DNA from: Takakia lepidozioides
Taxonomy: Eukaryota > Plantae > Bryophyta
NCBI GenBank assembly: GCA_030704615.1
Contig: CM060734.1
Location: forward strand, 1,736,001-1,800,000
Length of the DNA stretch: 64,000 nt
Direction of reading: 5' to 3'
Shown: positions 12,601-25,162 of the stretch, piece by piece
Layout: each line of letters starts with the position of its first letter
How positions within the stretch are numbered: the stretch's first letter is position 1
Program-made: the position numbers and the translations under genes
The notes under the pieces: model-generated
Told to the model about the DNA's origin: nothing
Seen by the model: the letters and a program-made list of their open reading frames with translations, nothing else
Database searches by the model: none

Positions 12601-15119
12601 CAAGAATTGAACCTGCGTGGACAGGTGAGCTGTGATAGTAGGCAGCGAGTGCAAGCAGGCTGGGGCTGCGAGAGCAACGTCCAGACTTAGTAGGGTTTGC
12701 CTGCGGCCCGCCCTCTGGAGTTCAATATTTTTTCACCTAAACGCCCTTCCTCGGATGTAACCCGGCCTGGCACGTTGGATTTCTGCCATGTGGCGGACTT
12801 CGACGGCCATTTCCGTTTTTTGTAATATAAGAAGGGCCGGAATCCGTCCAGGCCTTGCCAACTAAGGCAGATTTCCTGTCTGTAATGAAATGGAAAGGCA
12901 AATATCCTTCCTAAAAGTAGGGCACCCGGTTGATTTCCGCTTCGGCCATTTTTTCCCCTCCGATCCATTTCCTGAGGTTCCATATTTCATTCGGAAATTC
13001 TGGAATTCCGGCATGTAACTGGCTGCCGGTTCTCCCCCGGACGTTGGCTCCGACGTGACCTTTCTGCTGAGAGAATATACGTGGAGGTCACTAGCGGTCC
13101 ATTTTAGTTGTCGTTAGGGGTCGCTAACCGGCTGATTAGCGGTAATTATTCGGGTTTTCAGTGTTAAGGCTTGGTTTAGAGAGTGAACAGAGATTAGGGT
13201 TTGACTTCTGACTCAGATTATCGCCTGAGTCAACGCTATTTTTAGTGCCGTCTCAGAAGTCCAGCGACTGGCACCCACCAGTGACCTAAAGGCGGGGGAT
13301 AAGTCATCCTGATTTAGCCGGCAGGAATCGCTTTTACTTTTACTACCTGAGCCGGTCGACATCGCGTGGCGCCCTGCGCGATCTTTCATATTTCTCTCCG
13401 GTAAATATGGTGCGTGAAATCTCAGAACCTCCGCTGACGCGGAATAACGGACGAAACTACGCAGATCCAACGCTCTGCGTTTGTGGCACCCAGCAGGGCT
13501 CGAGCCACGTACACGCGTCCAACAAAGCGGCGGCTTTGGACGTTGGACGAGCCCGCGCGGCGGCCTCTCGACCGCCGCCCGAAGGGCCGCGGACAGCTAG
13601 CTGCCGCCTGGATGAGCGTTCGCAGATGGATGTGGATGGGATGTGCGTGGTGTTGGTGGGTGGAGGTTCAGAGAAGGAGAGGTGCGAGACAAAGATAGGA
13701 AATTACAAAAATCCCTGTATAGGAATGTCTTGTTGTTGTGGCAAGCAGGCTGGTCATCCTCTCATTGTTTCCCTTGTGAGCCAAGGGTTCACAATGCTGA
13801 ACTCTTGAGGGAAGAGAACAGTTCCTGAGAGACGAACTGTTGATGATATGATGAGTTCTACTTAGGCTACGTTGTGGGTTTGGAATGCAGATATATAAGT
13901 TACTGAAAATGATACGTTGAAAACTTGTGCAGACTTTTCCCCTTCAAACACGAAAGTACAAACTACAAACGCCCATCAATTTAGCTTTGCCTGCTGCCTA
14001 TACTGATTGGGTGAGCGAGATGGGAACTATTCGGAACCACATCATTACATGGCCGCGAGATAAGAGAGGGTGCCCAACCCGCCAAATCACATGTTATGAA
14101 GCCATGACGATGGAAATACCTTTCCTAGGTAATCTAAGCTCAAGGCTAACTTCCCCAAACGCCACTCAATCGCAAAACATAAGTCCATGACAAGAATTTT
14201 AATAAACTTATTTTTCCATAAATTAGGCGGCCCTAAAAGAGCGAGTCCTACTATCATATCCTTTGGCTGTTATTGCATCATTGTTGTCGGACCAGTTAAA
14301 ATTTACCAATGAGAGCCTTTTATTGTTATTACTTCTTGGCTTCTAGCCTCAACAGCCCATTCCCTTTTGTACAGAAAGCATAGCCTATGGTGAGTCCGCG
14401 AGGTTGCGCGGCGAGTGACAAACATCCATTCCTCATAACCAAATATTTCAGCCCAAGCCCGGATTTTTCATTTTGCAGTTCAAAATCATGAACTTGGGCC
14501 ACCCTTATTTTGGCCGATTTAAAGTTCTAGAAAAGTTGACCTTTCAATGTTGTTCCAATCTTCTACTACCCTCTGAAAAGATTTCGATTATTTAATTGAA
14601 CGTTATATCTTTTTTAGCCACCTCTGCAGAACCTGCTTGAAAACAACCACTTCTATCAAATTTCTTTAAATTCTCACGAAAATCACAGTTCACAACTGCC
14701 ATACCTCCCCATCCACTCCTACCCAGAAAAAAATAAAAGAACTAGGGCTTCGCGATACTCCGCACTACCAGTGACGAATGGAAACTAAGTGCTGAATGGA
14801 GGAGAGAGAGAAAACATAAGAGTTATAAGATTTATGTTTTTAACATAGCGTATATCAGAGCCGACATAATTGTTATTAGAAGGGGTGAGGGAAATAAATT
14901 CACTAAGTTTTTATTAATGAAGAAAGAATATAGCAAAAGTTTGAGGGAAGGGAAGGGAATAAAAACTTTATAAAGTATTTATAAATATACAAAACTATTT
15001 GAAAATATCATGTCACAAGGGGCTTTATCAAATGTTTGTCTATAGAGACTATTGATGCTAAAGAGTTAAAACTGATCATTTTTAAAATACGATGTCTTTT
15101 GTGCCATTCTTCGGACGTT

Positions 15120-15538
15120 TGTCATGGTTTTAGTCATGGTTATTTAGAATTACCTACTTCTAGTTAACTAGGACATTTTAAATATTTATATTTATATTTG
15201 TGTGTGGGACTTCATTTGGTCTCACATGCCAAGTGAGGTGTCGAGCCTCACTTGAGACATGGAGATAGGTTTTCCCCTTGTGAGTGTTGAGGAGGCTCAT
15301 CTTCTTGTAGTTGAGCCTCCATGAGCTTCTCTCACCTCCATAGCTCTAGGTATTGAGAGGGAGTGTGTTGAGGGCTTTGTAGGGTGGATTCATTTAGCAA
15401 AGGTGCCCTTGGCTTGACTTAGTTTATGTGATAGAGTGGATTTCACTTGGAAGGACTAGGGCTTGTTCTTCATGTGATTGCTTCATGCTTTGAGAGCTTT
15501 CATTGTCTTCTACTTCTCTCATTTCTCATCTCTTATCA
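15120..15538 (+). repeat. P1 repeat A1 (5' terminal; matches A2 at 49178-49598)
   Basis: Near-identical to 49178-49598; begins TGTCATGG, ends CTTATCA. Confidence 0.92.
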
Positions 15539-15550
15539 CTACAAGAAGAT
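15539..15550 (+). promoter_or_regulatory. Putative self-priming PBS of P1 (CTACAAGAAGAT), complementary to 15299-15310 inside A
   Basis: Exact reverse complement of ATCTTCTTGTAG at 15299-15310; no TGG-type tRNA PBS at this position. Confidence 0.7.
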
Positions 15551-16825
15551 CACCTTATGCTTGTGAGTGTGGAGTGTAAGGATTAGTTTTGCACTTTTTA
15601 AAGATGTTGAGAGCTAGAAGAATTTAGCTCTTGTATCACAAGGCTTGCAAGGGGTTGCAAGGAAAGTGCTCGAGTATTGCTGCACCAAGGAGTTGGAGAG
15701 CTTGAGAAGAAAGCTCTTGAGTCACAAGATTTTGCAAGGATTGTAAGGAGGAAGTTGTGTGTGTGGAAGCATGGATTCTAGGGTTTGAGAATCCTTTGTA
15801 TGCATTAGGAGTCGATGGTGTGCCATGGCTTGTGGAGTGACTAAAGGCTTGTTAGTGCTCATTTCACTATCTAGGGTTAAGCAAGTTCAAAGTGTGGATG
15901 TTGTGGAAGAGAAGCCAATGAGCTATATATGCTTGGGCTTGAAGACAACAAGGGCAAGCACTTGGAGAGCACTAAGAAGCTCAAGAGGTTTTGAAAGGGA
16001 GCATGTGAAGAAATCTTCCAATCATGGTGGTGGAACCAAGCTTAGGGTGCCATTGGAAGGGCTTGAGAACATGTGGTGGGAAATCCTTGAAGGGAAATCA
16101 TCATTCAATGTATGCATAGCTTCACCCTAACTATGTAATGTGACAAGAGGGGAGGCAATACTTGGCTATTCATGCTCTTGGTAGTGCGAGCTTTGTGGTG
16201 GATAGTTGACCAAGCAAGTGGTGCATGTGTGGAGCATGCTCGCTTGAGTTTGTAAGTTCAAGTTTGAGGGGAGCTCTTGAACTAGCAAGAGGTGAAGGCC
16301 TTTGAGATCCATTTGTGTGTGAAGTGGAGAGGTGTTGATTCATGTTATGATGAAGGAGAGCAACACATAGGCCAAGAGGTCTAATGAAACATGCATTCAA
16401 ATGACCACGGGAAGCACATGGATGATGGATTGGTGCAAGACCCCAAATGAGGCATATGGCGTGAGAGTGGGATCCAAGGCGGATTGCTTGGGAGCATTAT
16501 TGTAAGTGACAAGCATTGCTCCTACACATTGAGATAATTTGTGTTGATTTGGAGCAATTGTCAAGTGATGAGGAGACAAATGCATGATTGCTCGGCAATG
16601 AAAATATGGTAGTTTGCAATCAAATCCCCAAGGACTAGAAGGGGGATTGATTTGGTGGACAATGACTTGCAAGCTGAGTTGGACCACTCTTGGTTGCACA
16701 TTGGGGTGGAAGAGAGCAAGAAGATGCCTCTTATGACACCTAGAGACCATATTTTTTGCTTGAGTAGAGCATAGAAGTCAAGGACTTGCATTCTAGCTCT
16801 TCATTACAAATCCTAGTAGTGTACG

Positions 16826-17220
16826 CTCAGACTATACCTCTGTTAGTATACCAAACAGGAGCTTGTCCCTTTGACTATACCTCTGTTGAGGTATCACCAT
16901 ATGTGAACCTTAATGTGAGACTATACCTCTGTTAGTATACCAAACAGGAGCTTGTCCATTTTACTATACCTCTATTGAGGTATCACCATATGTGAACCCT
17001 AATCAGCTCAGACTATACCTCTGTTAGTATACCAAACAGGAGCTTGTCCCTTTTACTATACCTCTGTTGAGGTATCACCATATGTGGACCCTAATCAGCT
17101 CAGACTATACCTCTGTTAGTATACCAAACAGAACCCTCATTTTCAGACTATACCTCTGTAAAGGTATCATCAACATAAGGGACCCTAGCAACCTCAGACT
17201 ATACCTCTGTTAAGGTATCA
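16826..17220. repeat. Tandem array in P1 5' leader (~90-bp dimeric unit, 9 copies of the ACTATACCTCT core)
   Basis: Alternating ACTATACCTCTGTTAGTATACCAAACAGGAGCTTGTCC and ACTATACCTCTGTTGAGGTATCACCATATGTG sub-units. Confidence 0.9.
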
Positions 17221-18025
17221 ACAGTGAAAGGACTTGGTGAAAATTAAGGGCCTTTGGAGGATTGTTTGGAAGATATTTGAGGCCCTTGGAGGAGTATTTG
17301 GAGGATCTTTAGGGTCCTTGGAGGAGTGTTTGGAGGATCTTTGGGGTCCTTGGAGGACCCTTCGAGGAGCTTTGGTGGACAATGTTGAAGAGCTCTTGAA
17401 GGATTGATTGAGGGATATTGAAGGATACTTGTCACGGCCATACAAGCGAGTGGATAGAGACAGGAGGGAGAGTGGTGGATGAGAGCATTCTGGGGTTAGA
17501 ATTGCTTTAGTTTCTCTTCTCCATAGTCTTTCACCCTCTCTGTAGGCCAAAATCTTTCCGTAGGTGGAGGCAAGAGTCAGTCCGGGTTTGGGCTGGGGTG
17601 TCCTTGCAGGAGCGACACTGTGGAGTGTTTTTGGTGTGGGGGAGTTGCTGTCTTGATTTCTTGTGTTTGGATCCCCTCCACACCTGCATGCTTGACTGTG
17701 CGCCATGTTAGCTTTGTGTGGGTGCTTTTTTCATAGGAGGTTGGTCCGGATTTGATCACCGGCCAATCCTATGTTGTCGGTGGTGAGGCTGGAGTGATGA
17801 CCAGCAAGACCACCAGTGTTTCTTCTATGGTGAGGCTGGGTTGATGACCAGCAGACCATAGGAGTGCTTGCGGTGGGTGCAGGTGCATGTACAGGTCTAC
17901 GTTAGAAACCTATTATTCCTGCTTGAACCAGTAGCCGCAACAGGTTCTTTACCCGGTTACCTTGTAGAAAGTGGGGATTAGAGACAGGTTGACAACCGGT
18001 TGGGTTGTGAGTTTTCATCACGGAG

Positions 18026-19524
18026 GTGCCACCAGCTGCTGAGGGGAGTGCCGGTACAAGCACCAGCGATACTAGTGGGTACACAAGACAAGGTGTGCGG
18101 TTTAGGCCACTTTCACCTTCAATGTCTTCTGAGGAAGGTTCAGACTCGGAGTCAGGAGGATTCTCGCCGACTCAGGGTGCAAGTCATAACACTGGGCATC
18201 TCCATGCCCATACTTGCCACAATGCCCACACTGCAAACTGTGCAGACTGTGCTTGTGTCGGCCTTCTGCCACTCTTTGGGCAATCTCTCTTGACATGGGG
18301 TCCTCCACATGTCCAACATATCACCCCTGGTTGCTGTTGGCCTGCAAAAGATGCCACGGGCCTCTGCACCTGAGGTCCCATGTAAGCTCCCTGGAACTTG
18401 GGTTGGGCAACCTTGCCCCCCTGACCACGCTGTTGGGGCAGTCCCTTGTACCTGTTGGCTGGCAGCTGCACCTCGTGCAGGCAAGTCCTTGCCAAATCCA
18501 ATGGTAACAACTCGCTCCTCCACCATGTTGAGCTCAATCCGCTCAGCCAGCAGAAACACATCCGCTAATGTGGGTTAGGCCGCTTGTAACAGGGTTGCAT
18601 CCCGCACCCTTCTCTTGAGCTCCTTGTCCAAAATTCCATACCAGAACTGGACTGCCTAAGTTTCAGTAACCCCTTGGGTCACACTTATCAAGCACCTCAT
18701 ACGAGTGTAGGCCTCTCGCAAGCTCTCACTGGATTTGCGCTGGAAGTCTTGCAAACTTCGCAGCTTCTCTGTCCGTACACCTTTTTCTCCGCAACTCTTG
18801 GAAGAACTCCACCACCGGGTTGAATCTAGGCACATGTGTTGTAATCGTGGCAGGAGAGAGTAGTAGCACCTTTTGAACTGGGTACCACCTGCAGAAGTGC
18901 CGGCACTACTTGTTCCACTACTAGTGCTTGTAGTTGGAGATGTTTGTGTAGCTGCTGGTGTCACTGCTGCCCTTGTGCCTCTAATGATTGAGACATAGTT
19001 AGGTGACCAATATTCTCGCCACTCCTCAATCTCCACCGCATGTCCCCGCCTAAATTCATGGTATTCATCCATGGGCGGCCCTTCAAGGTGCTGGAATAGC
19101 CCCTTCCACGCCATAAAGGGCGTAAACAGTTGTGGATTGCGCATTTGCTGCAAATCACACCAACTGTCGAACTCTTATATAAAGTCATCAAGATCGATGG
19201 TGCCCACAGCTCCAGAGTACCTACGTGGCCCCTTGGTAGCTCCATACATCTCCTCCATCGTGTCCCACAACAATGGCACGGCCAATTCCAAGGGAACAAT
19301 GGTGGCCGGGGGCGAGATGGACCAGCCCAGAGAGGATGAGGTGGTCGGGCACGAGGTGCAGCCCAAGGGCAAGCTCAACATGGCCAAGGACGCGGAGGTC
19401 GGGGTGTTGACCAAGACATGGCCAACCGGCTTCAGCAGCTAGAGCAGAGGCTCGCTGCCATGGCTACAACTCAGGTGGTACCGGCTCCCAGGCGGGATGG
19501 TCCACCTCCTGCTCCTGAGGGAGG
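18026..19524 (+). pseudogene. gag: P1 gag, with internal ~1.1-kb inversion (~18175-19278)
   Basis: + strand RFRPLSPSMSSEEGSDSE; - strand LLWDTMEEMYG..MRNPQLFTPFMAWKGLFQHL..CWTCGGPHVKRDC..CGHCGKYGHGDAQC; + strand resumes QFQGNNGGRG. Colinear with M1 gag after flipping. Confidence 0.85.
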
Positions 19525-20439
19525 TGTCGTGCGCATACATATCGCCTGGGGGGTGCACTCTTTATAAACTGTGCGTATCACGTGCGTTCGTCGCCTAATA
19601 AAAAAACCCCTTGTATATGGGTCCTTGGATAATTTATACCCCCTCTATACATATTTTTTGAAGATTATAAAACCCCCCTGTGTAAATATACAAAAATTTA
19701 CAATTTTTAAAAAGTACCCCCTTCTGTATGTATATTCTCATTTTCCATCATTAAAAATAACCCTCCAATATGTATATGTATGTTTTTATATTATATCGAA
19801 TTTATTCATTTAAAACATAATAAAATATAACAAATTAATTAAAAAAAATTGCCTTTGATAAAGTTGTCAAAGACTTTTTGGTCATTTGCATCAAGTACAT
19901 ATGTGTTTGACTTGACATTGTACTTTAAACATGCTAACGCGATAATGGAATCCAAATCAACCATCATGTTATCCGTCAAATCGTACGTATAGGTTTTCTT
20001 TGGAGAAGAAGCCAGGTATCCCCCTTGCTGATTTGTCCGACTTTTCTACTGTCCAATCGGATGATTGCATTGTGGAGGCTTTGAAAACTGGATTTCTAGA
20101 AGCGCAACTTTTATGCCATAAACTTGGGATGAAACCAAACAAAGCGACAAACTTGGATTGGTGGAATGAGCCATGGACAATTGAGAGACAAATGGAGGCC
20201 GAGCTATTCAAAAGCATGGAAGATGAGGGTGATGATGTCGATGCCATAGATTCTATTTGTCCTCTTAATGCAGACACACATATTCAAAATGAGGTCGTGG
20301 AAGATGAATTGGTGTGCGGGCCTTTGAATTCAATGGAGGATGTTTTGAGCCAACCTTTGATGATCATGCGGAAGAGGTACTTATTCAGAGTGAATTGAGA
20401 CATACTCTGGATGCTGTCATTGATGAGTTTGAACAAGAG

Positions 20440-21548
20440 AAATGTTTCTTGTGAGCTCTTGAGAACTTGGGTCCTTTTGGATTCACCTCGAACTCGGATA
20501 TGCGTGTTAATGCTCCCGCACTCTCAATCAAATCACACCCGTCATATGTCCTCTCATTCCGTAACATACCTCCCACTTTGCTGAAGAATATTTCACACAC
20601 ATCTGAACCAACAAGGCTCAAAGGAACTTGCACATGATTAAACTTATCCTTGAACAATTTGATAAGTAGAACCACGTAGTGGCATGAAATTTGTAAATCC
20701 AAGTATGCTTCCCTGCTAATGAAGAAGGATTTCATATTATACACCTCGTGGTGGAATAACCACAACTTCCACAATCTGAAAAAAAACGATACCTTCGCAG
20801 CAGATTGTACCCTCTCACACAATGACATGTGAGGAGACAAAAAAATGTCGATGTAGCATGAAATGATGTATAGGTAAATTTCAGTACCTTTGGTCCTCTC
20901 CCTTCGATGATTCACAGTTGATTGTAACTCCCTCAAACAAGCTTGCACCTTCCGAGATGCCAGTCGTTGAGCTACTGCCCAATTCTGTCGATCTTCTCTT
21001 TTGATATCACATTCCCGAAGTCCATGCTTGTCCACTGAAAATGAATGGTAGACCAATAACACATGATTCAATGTAGCAACCTCATCACCCAACACCAAAG
21101 TCCGTGATGCACTGTCCAAGGGATTTACCAATTTTTTCCCATTATGGATGAAGTCCTGATCATGGAGTCCGTATATATCTCCCCCGCTGCACACTCGACC
21201 TGTAAACAACCATCCTTCCCAAGGGATGCAAAATCTACTTCCAGCCCCATTGGCATAATCTTCTAACATCACTTTTCTCCTCCTACTATCTCCGTCTGAA
21301 GCATGCCCAATTATAGGCCCAACCACGTCCCTCACATATTTGTTCCACAACTGTCTCACCACTTCCCATTGTGATCTCACAAAATTGTTGTCAAATCTAT
21401 TGCAAGTGAGCTGGATTACCAATACCAATCGAGGTAATCGTACATGTAGAGGATTTGCTATCAACCACTCTGGCGTAATGGCAACCACATTGTTTTTGAA
21501 TGCCTCCACAATATGTTCGTACCCTGATTCCCCTTCTCCCACTTGCAC
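20440..21548 (-). pseudogene. P-element-like transposase catalytic core (N-terminus missing; probable C-terminal part inverted at ~20000-20440 on +)
   Basis: GHASDGDSRR (D), QDFIHNGKKLVN (DxxH..K), DRQNWAVA (resembles P GTP-binding insertion motif), GSDVCEIFFS (resembles P-type D..E.FFS, catalytic E). Family call is from motif memory only. Confidence 0.7.
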
Positions 21549-22766
21549 CAGATCACATTTCTCTTAGGCATTTTGTCAAACACTTGACAGGCATGCACCA
21601 CATTTCCGCACTTGCAATACATGCTCACAAGGGCATTCCCCGCCTGGATATCTGACACCAAAGCAGCTTTGATGATGCTTGCATGGAGCAGCTTGCCCTA
21701 TTCCAGAGCTAGAGGGTTGGTGCAAGCAGTAAGGATGTTAATGAAAGTGGCCTTGTCAGGCTTCACACCTTCTCCTTGCATGCGTGCAAAGAGTTTGAAT
21801 GCTTCTGCACCTTGCCCTTGCTGAACTAATCCTGCAATCAAGGCATTCCACTACATTTCTCCGAGGCATCTTATCACACACTTGGAGCGCATTAGCCACA
21901 CTCCCACACTTGCAATACATGCTCAGATGGGCATTCCCCACTAGAATCCAGCAACAATGATGCAGGCCTGGAGCCAATTGCCCTGCTCCAGAGCTGCTGG
22001 GAGGGAGCACGCATTGAGAATCCCAATAAATGTAACCTCGTTAGGTTTCACTCCTCCTAGTTGCATATGTCGAAAGAGGTCGAATGGTTCTGCACCATGG
22101 CATTGCTGAGCTAATCCTGCAATCATCATTGCATTCCATGAGATCACATTGCGTTTGGGCATTTTGTCAAACACTTGGCGTGCATGCACCACACTCCCGC
22201 ACTTTGCAATACATGCTCATAAGGGTGTTTCCAACAAAAATGTCTGGCTCGAATTCATTATTGAGAATGTGGGCATGAACCCCCCTTGCCAATTGCCAAA
22301 GCTTTTGTTTTAGCACATCCCTGAAGAAGGCAAGCACAGGTCTGCTCATATGTCTCCAAAACATTCCTACGACACCTATGCTTGGTAAATCTTTCCAACG
22401 TAATATTCCACGTGATCAAAGATCATTGAGGCATTCTGTTGAACACTTGGTGAGCATCCCTGATGCTCGGCACTTAACATGCATATTGACAAGGGTACGT
22501 GTTGAGTAGAAAAAACATCTGTCGTGAACCCACTTTGGATAATGTGAGTGTGCACCTGCTTTCCAGCTTTCGAGACCTTCCATCTTGATGCACTTAAGCA
22601 AGAGACAGACATACATATTTGAATTTGCTAAAATGCCTCCTTGGTTTAGAATCTGTAGAGCCTCTGTCAGGCTGTCTGCCGCACAAAGTATCTTCACATG
22701 CCCAGAAATGTCAGAAGAGGCATTGTGGACTCCCTCTCTTGATCCTCTTTCAGAAGCTGTGGTCAT
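21545..22766 (-). pseudogene. PLS-class pentatricopeptide repeat (PPR) gene fragment, frameshifted, inside the P-like element
   Basis: Repeated motifs GNALVSMYCKCGNVVHACQVFDKMPKRNVI, ISWNAMMIAGLAQQ, GVKPNEVTFIGILNAC, GKQVHTHIIQSGFTTDVF. Confidence 0.9.
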
Positions 22767-22819
22767 GGTTGAGGTGCCTGATTATATCATCTGTGCCGCT
22801 GCAATAGCTGCCTTTAGTT

Positions 22820-23520
22820 TACCATCTACCCATGTAGGTTTCTTGTAGCTACTGACCCACATGGAATCAAGGTAATCTGGAGCTTGAAGTCCAACCCTCG
22901 TGGATGAATCTGGACACACACTCTATCCCTGCTCCTTCAGGCAAAAACATGGAAAAACTCTGATAACAGGGAAAAACAGGCTGAAATGTGTTGAAGAATG
23001 TACCTTCATTAGCATCGCCTTGTTCTATCAATTGCACTGCTGCCGCTGATGTTTCCAGTTGACCATCTACCCGCGCGATTGCTTGTAGCTATTGATCCAC
23101 AGGGAAGCAGAAAGAAACTTGTGTTTGAAATCCGGCCTCTTGGATGAATCTGGACCTCTATCCCTGGTCCTCAGCTATCCCTGCCTGTGGACAAATCATG
23201 AATACATCCTCAGCCTTGCTACTAGCAGCTGACACTGATGGCATGAAGTTCTTCCAGCAAACACCCTAAACCCTAATGATGAGAGGGCAAAACAGACTGA
23301 AATAGGTTGAAGAAGAAGGTATAGGGAGCACAAAATCACTCCAAAACCACCATAGATCCACCAACGAGCTAACTTGCAGAATTCAACATGAAAAATAAGG
23401 GACGACTCTACTAACAGGGAAAACAGGCTGAAATGCGTTGAAGAAGGTACCTTCATTAGCAGTGCCTTGTTCTATCAATGCGCTGTTGCCGCTATTGTTT
23501 CCAGTTGACCATCTACCCAC
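22820..23520. repeat. Local duplications upstream of the PPR fragment
   Basis: ACCATCTACCC..GGATGAATCTGGAC at ~22820 and ~23062; AACAGGCTGAAATG.GTTGAAGAA.GTACCTTCATTAGCA at ~22975 and ~23422. Confidence 0.7.
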
Positions 23521-25162
23521 GAAGAGAAAACACAGAGGTTGAGAATATAGCTCCAACTAGACCACACTTCTGCTTATCTTTCCACGATGATTCCTTCCAA
23601 GTTACTCCATAAGAACGATAGAAGGTCCAAAGTCATCCAGCTTCTGTGTTTATGTATGACACCGCCATGAGACTAGGTTATGGGAGCCACAATTCTTTGC
23701 CGACATTGTCAGTGCTACTGTCTCTTCTGAGGACATTGTTACTTTTCATGGTGGCTTACAGTGCCACCTCAAGTTTCGAGGCTCTAGGTGCTTGATGGTA
23801 AGGTCAATGACATGTCTGTAAATGGCTGAAAACTGTACACCTGTCACTCCTCAGAGGCCTCCAAATACTTGAACCCAGGACTCCCAATAAGGTAGCCTCA
23901 TGGAAACCAACCCAGAATATAGACATTGATCTAAATACCTCCTCATTTGTGTGCCACAGCTATGGGGTGGGGCCTCAAGCTTCCACAAACAGCAGCCTTG
24001 ATCTATCTACTAGCTCTAAGATTATCTCTCATTGAATATTCGAATCCAGGAGAGGAGACACTTGAGACAGAGAGATAAAATGGTGTCTTGAGGCTTGCAC
24101 GACTTGTACTTTGAAAGTAATTTTGTTGACTACAATCCTTGCTCAAAGAGCAAGTATGGCGCCCACCTGAAGATTGCACACACAATCAGGAGATGTGTAG
24201 TTCATGCAGACAAATACATCACCAAAATCTGAAGCCTGCTAAAGTAGGTCCAAAGAACAACAAAAGGAGTAAGCTGCCTATGCCTCCCCACACCTTCACT
24301 ATTGCTCCATCGCATCCCCGCCACCACTGATGCCATTGTCACCATTCACCTCAACCAAGCACACATGGACATCTGCTGGTGAGGTGACAGTCTGCGCATG
24401 TCAGGCACCCATGTGAAGCCACAAGCACAACTACTGGAACCATTAACTACATGAAACCCCTACATTTCATAGTGCAATAAACCAAAAAAGTGTACATAAA
24501 AACCACTAGAAATTGTGATAAAGGTACCAAGAGATGAAAACTTTGAGAACTAGAGAGGGAGAGTACCGAGACACAGGCATAATATGCTTCCCCATTCCAC
24601 CATGCATTCCTCCTTCTCCATTGCCCCTTCACAAATTTCTCTGAATACCATCTGCTTCCCACCAAAAAGCAGAGATTGAAACATGGCCTGCTAAGACCTA
24701 GCTGACACGGAAGGGGCGCGTGAGGAGGGAAAAGAGAGCCCACGGGAGACAGATCGCGGGGAGAAAAGAAAAAAAAGAAAAGCAAAACAACAGTGCATCG
24801 CGATTTGATCCCGCGGTGCATTACGACACATTCTACGTCCTTACCACTAGACTACTCCTACAATTCAATTACCCCCTCCTGTAAGATTATATTTAAGGTG
24901 ATTTAAACCCCCCTCTATATGTATATGTTGTACATGGAGGGGTTTAAAATACCCCCTCCTGTGCACGCACGTGGCTGGTACATATTGGCTGGAGTGCACC
25001 CCCCAGGATATATCGCTACACAACTACATCATTGTCCAAAACCACACAACACATGTGCACACCACACACTAGTATACCACTAGTCCAGCCACTAGTCCAA
25101 CCACTAGGCTACAACTAGTCAGTCACTAGGCTGCCCACTATGGCAGTCACTAGTCCATACAA

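Larger units (their letters stand above)
19545..25007 (-). mobile_element. P-element-superfamily-like DNA transposon (non-autonomous, carries PPR fragment) inserted in M1 repeat B2
   Basis: Perfect 16-bp TIR CCTGGGGGGTGCACTC (19545-19560 and 24992-25007); 8-bp TSD ACATATCG/ATATATCG (1 mismatch); subterminal ACCCCC(T)CT.TAT repeats at both ends. Confidence 0.85.

Noticed and set aside
11670-14900. Short ORFs and GC-rich patches, possible gene start or transposon ends
   Set aside because: I could not identify a protein motif, consistent exon chain, TIR or TSD.
16826-17220. CRISPR-like array (regularly spaced ACTATACCTCTGTT)
   Set aside because: The intervening sequences are themselves repeated rather than unique spacers, there are no cas genes, and the array lies in a retrotransposon leader.
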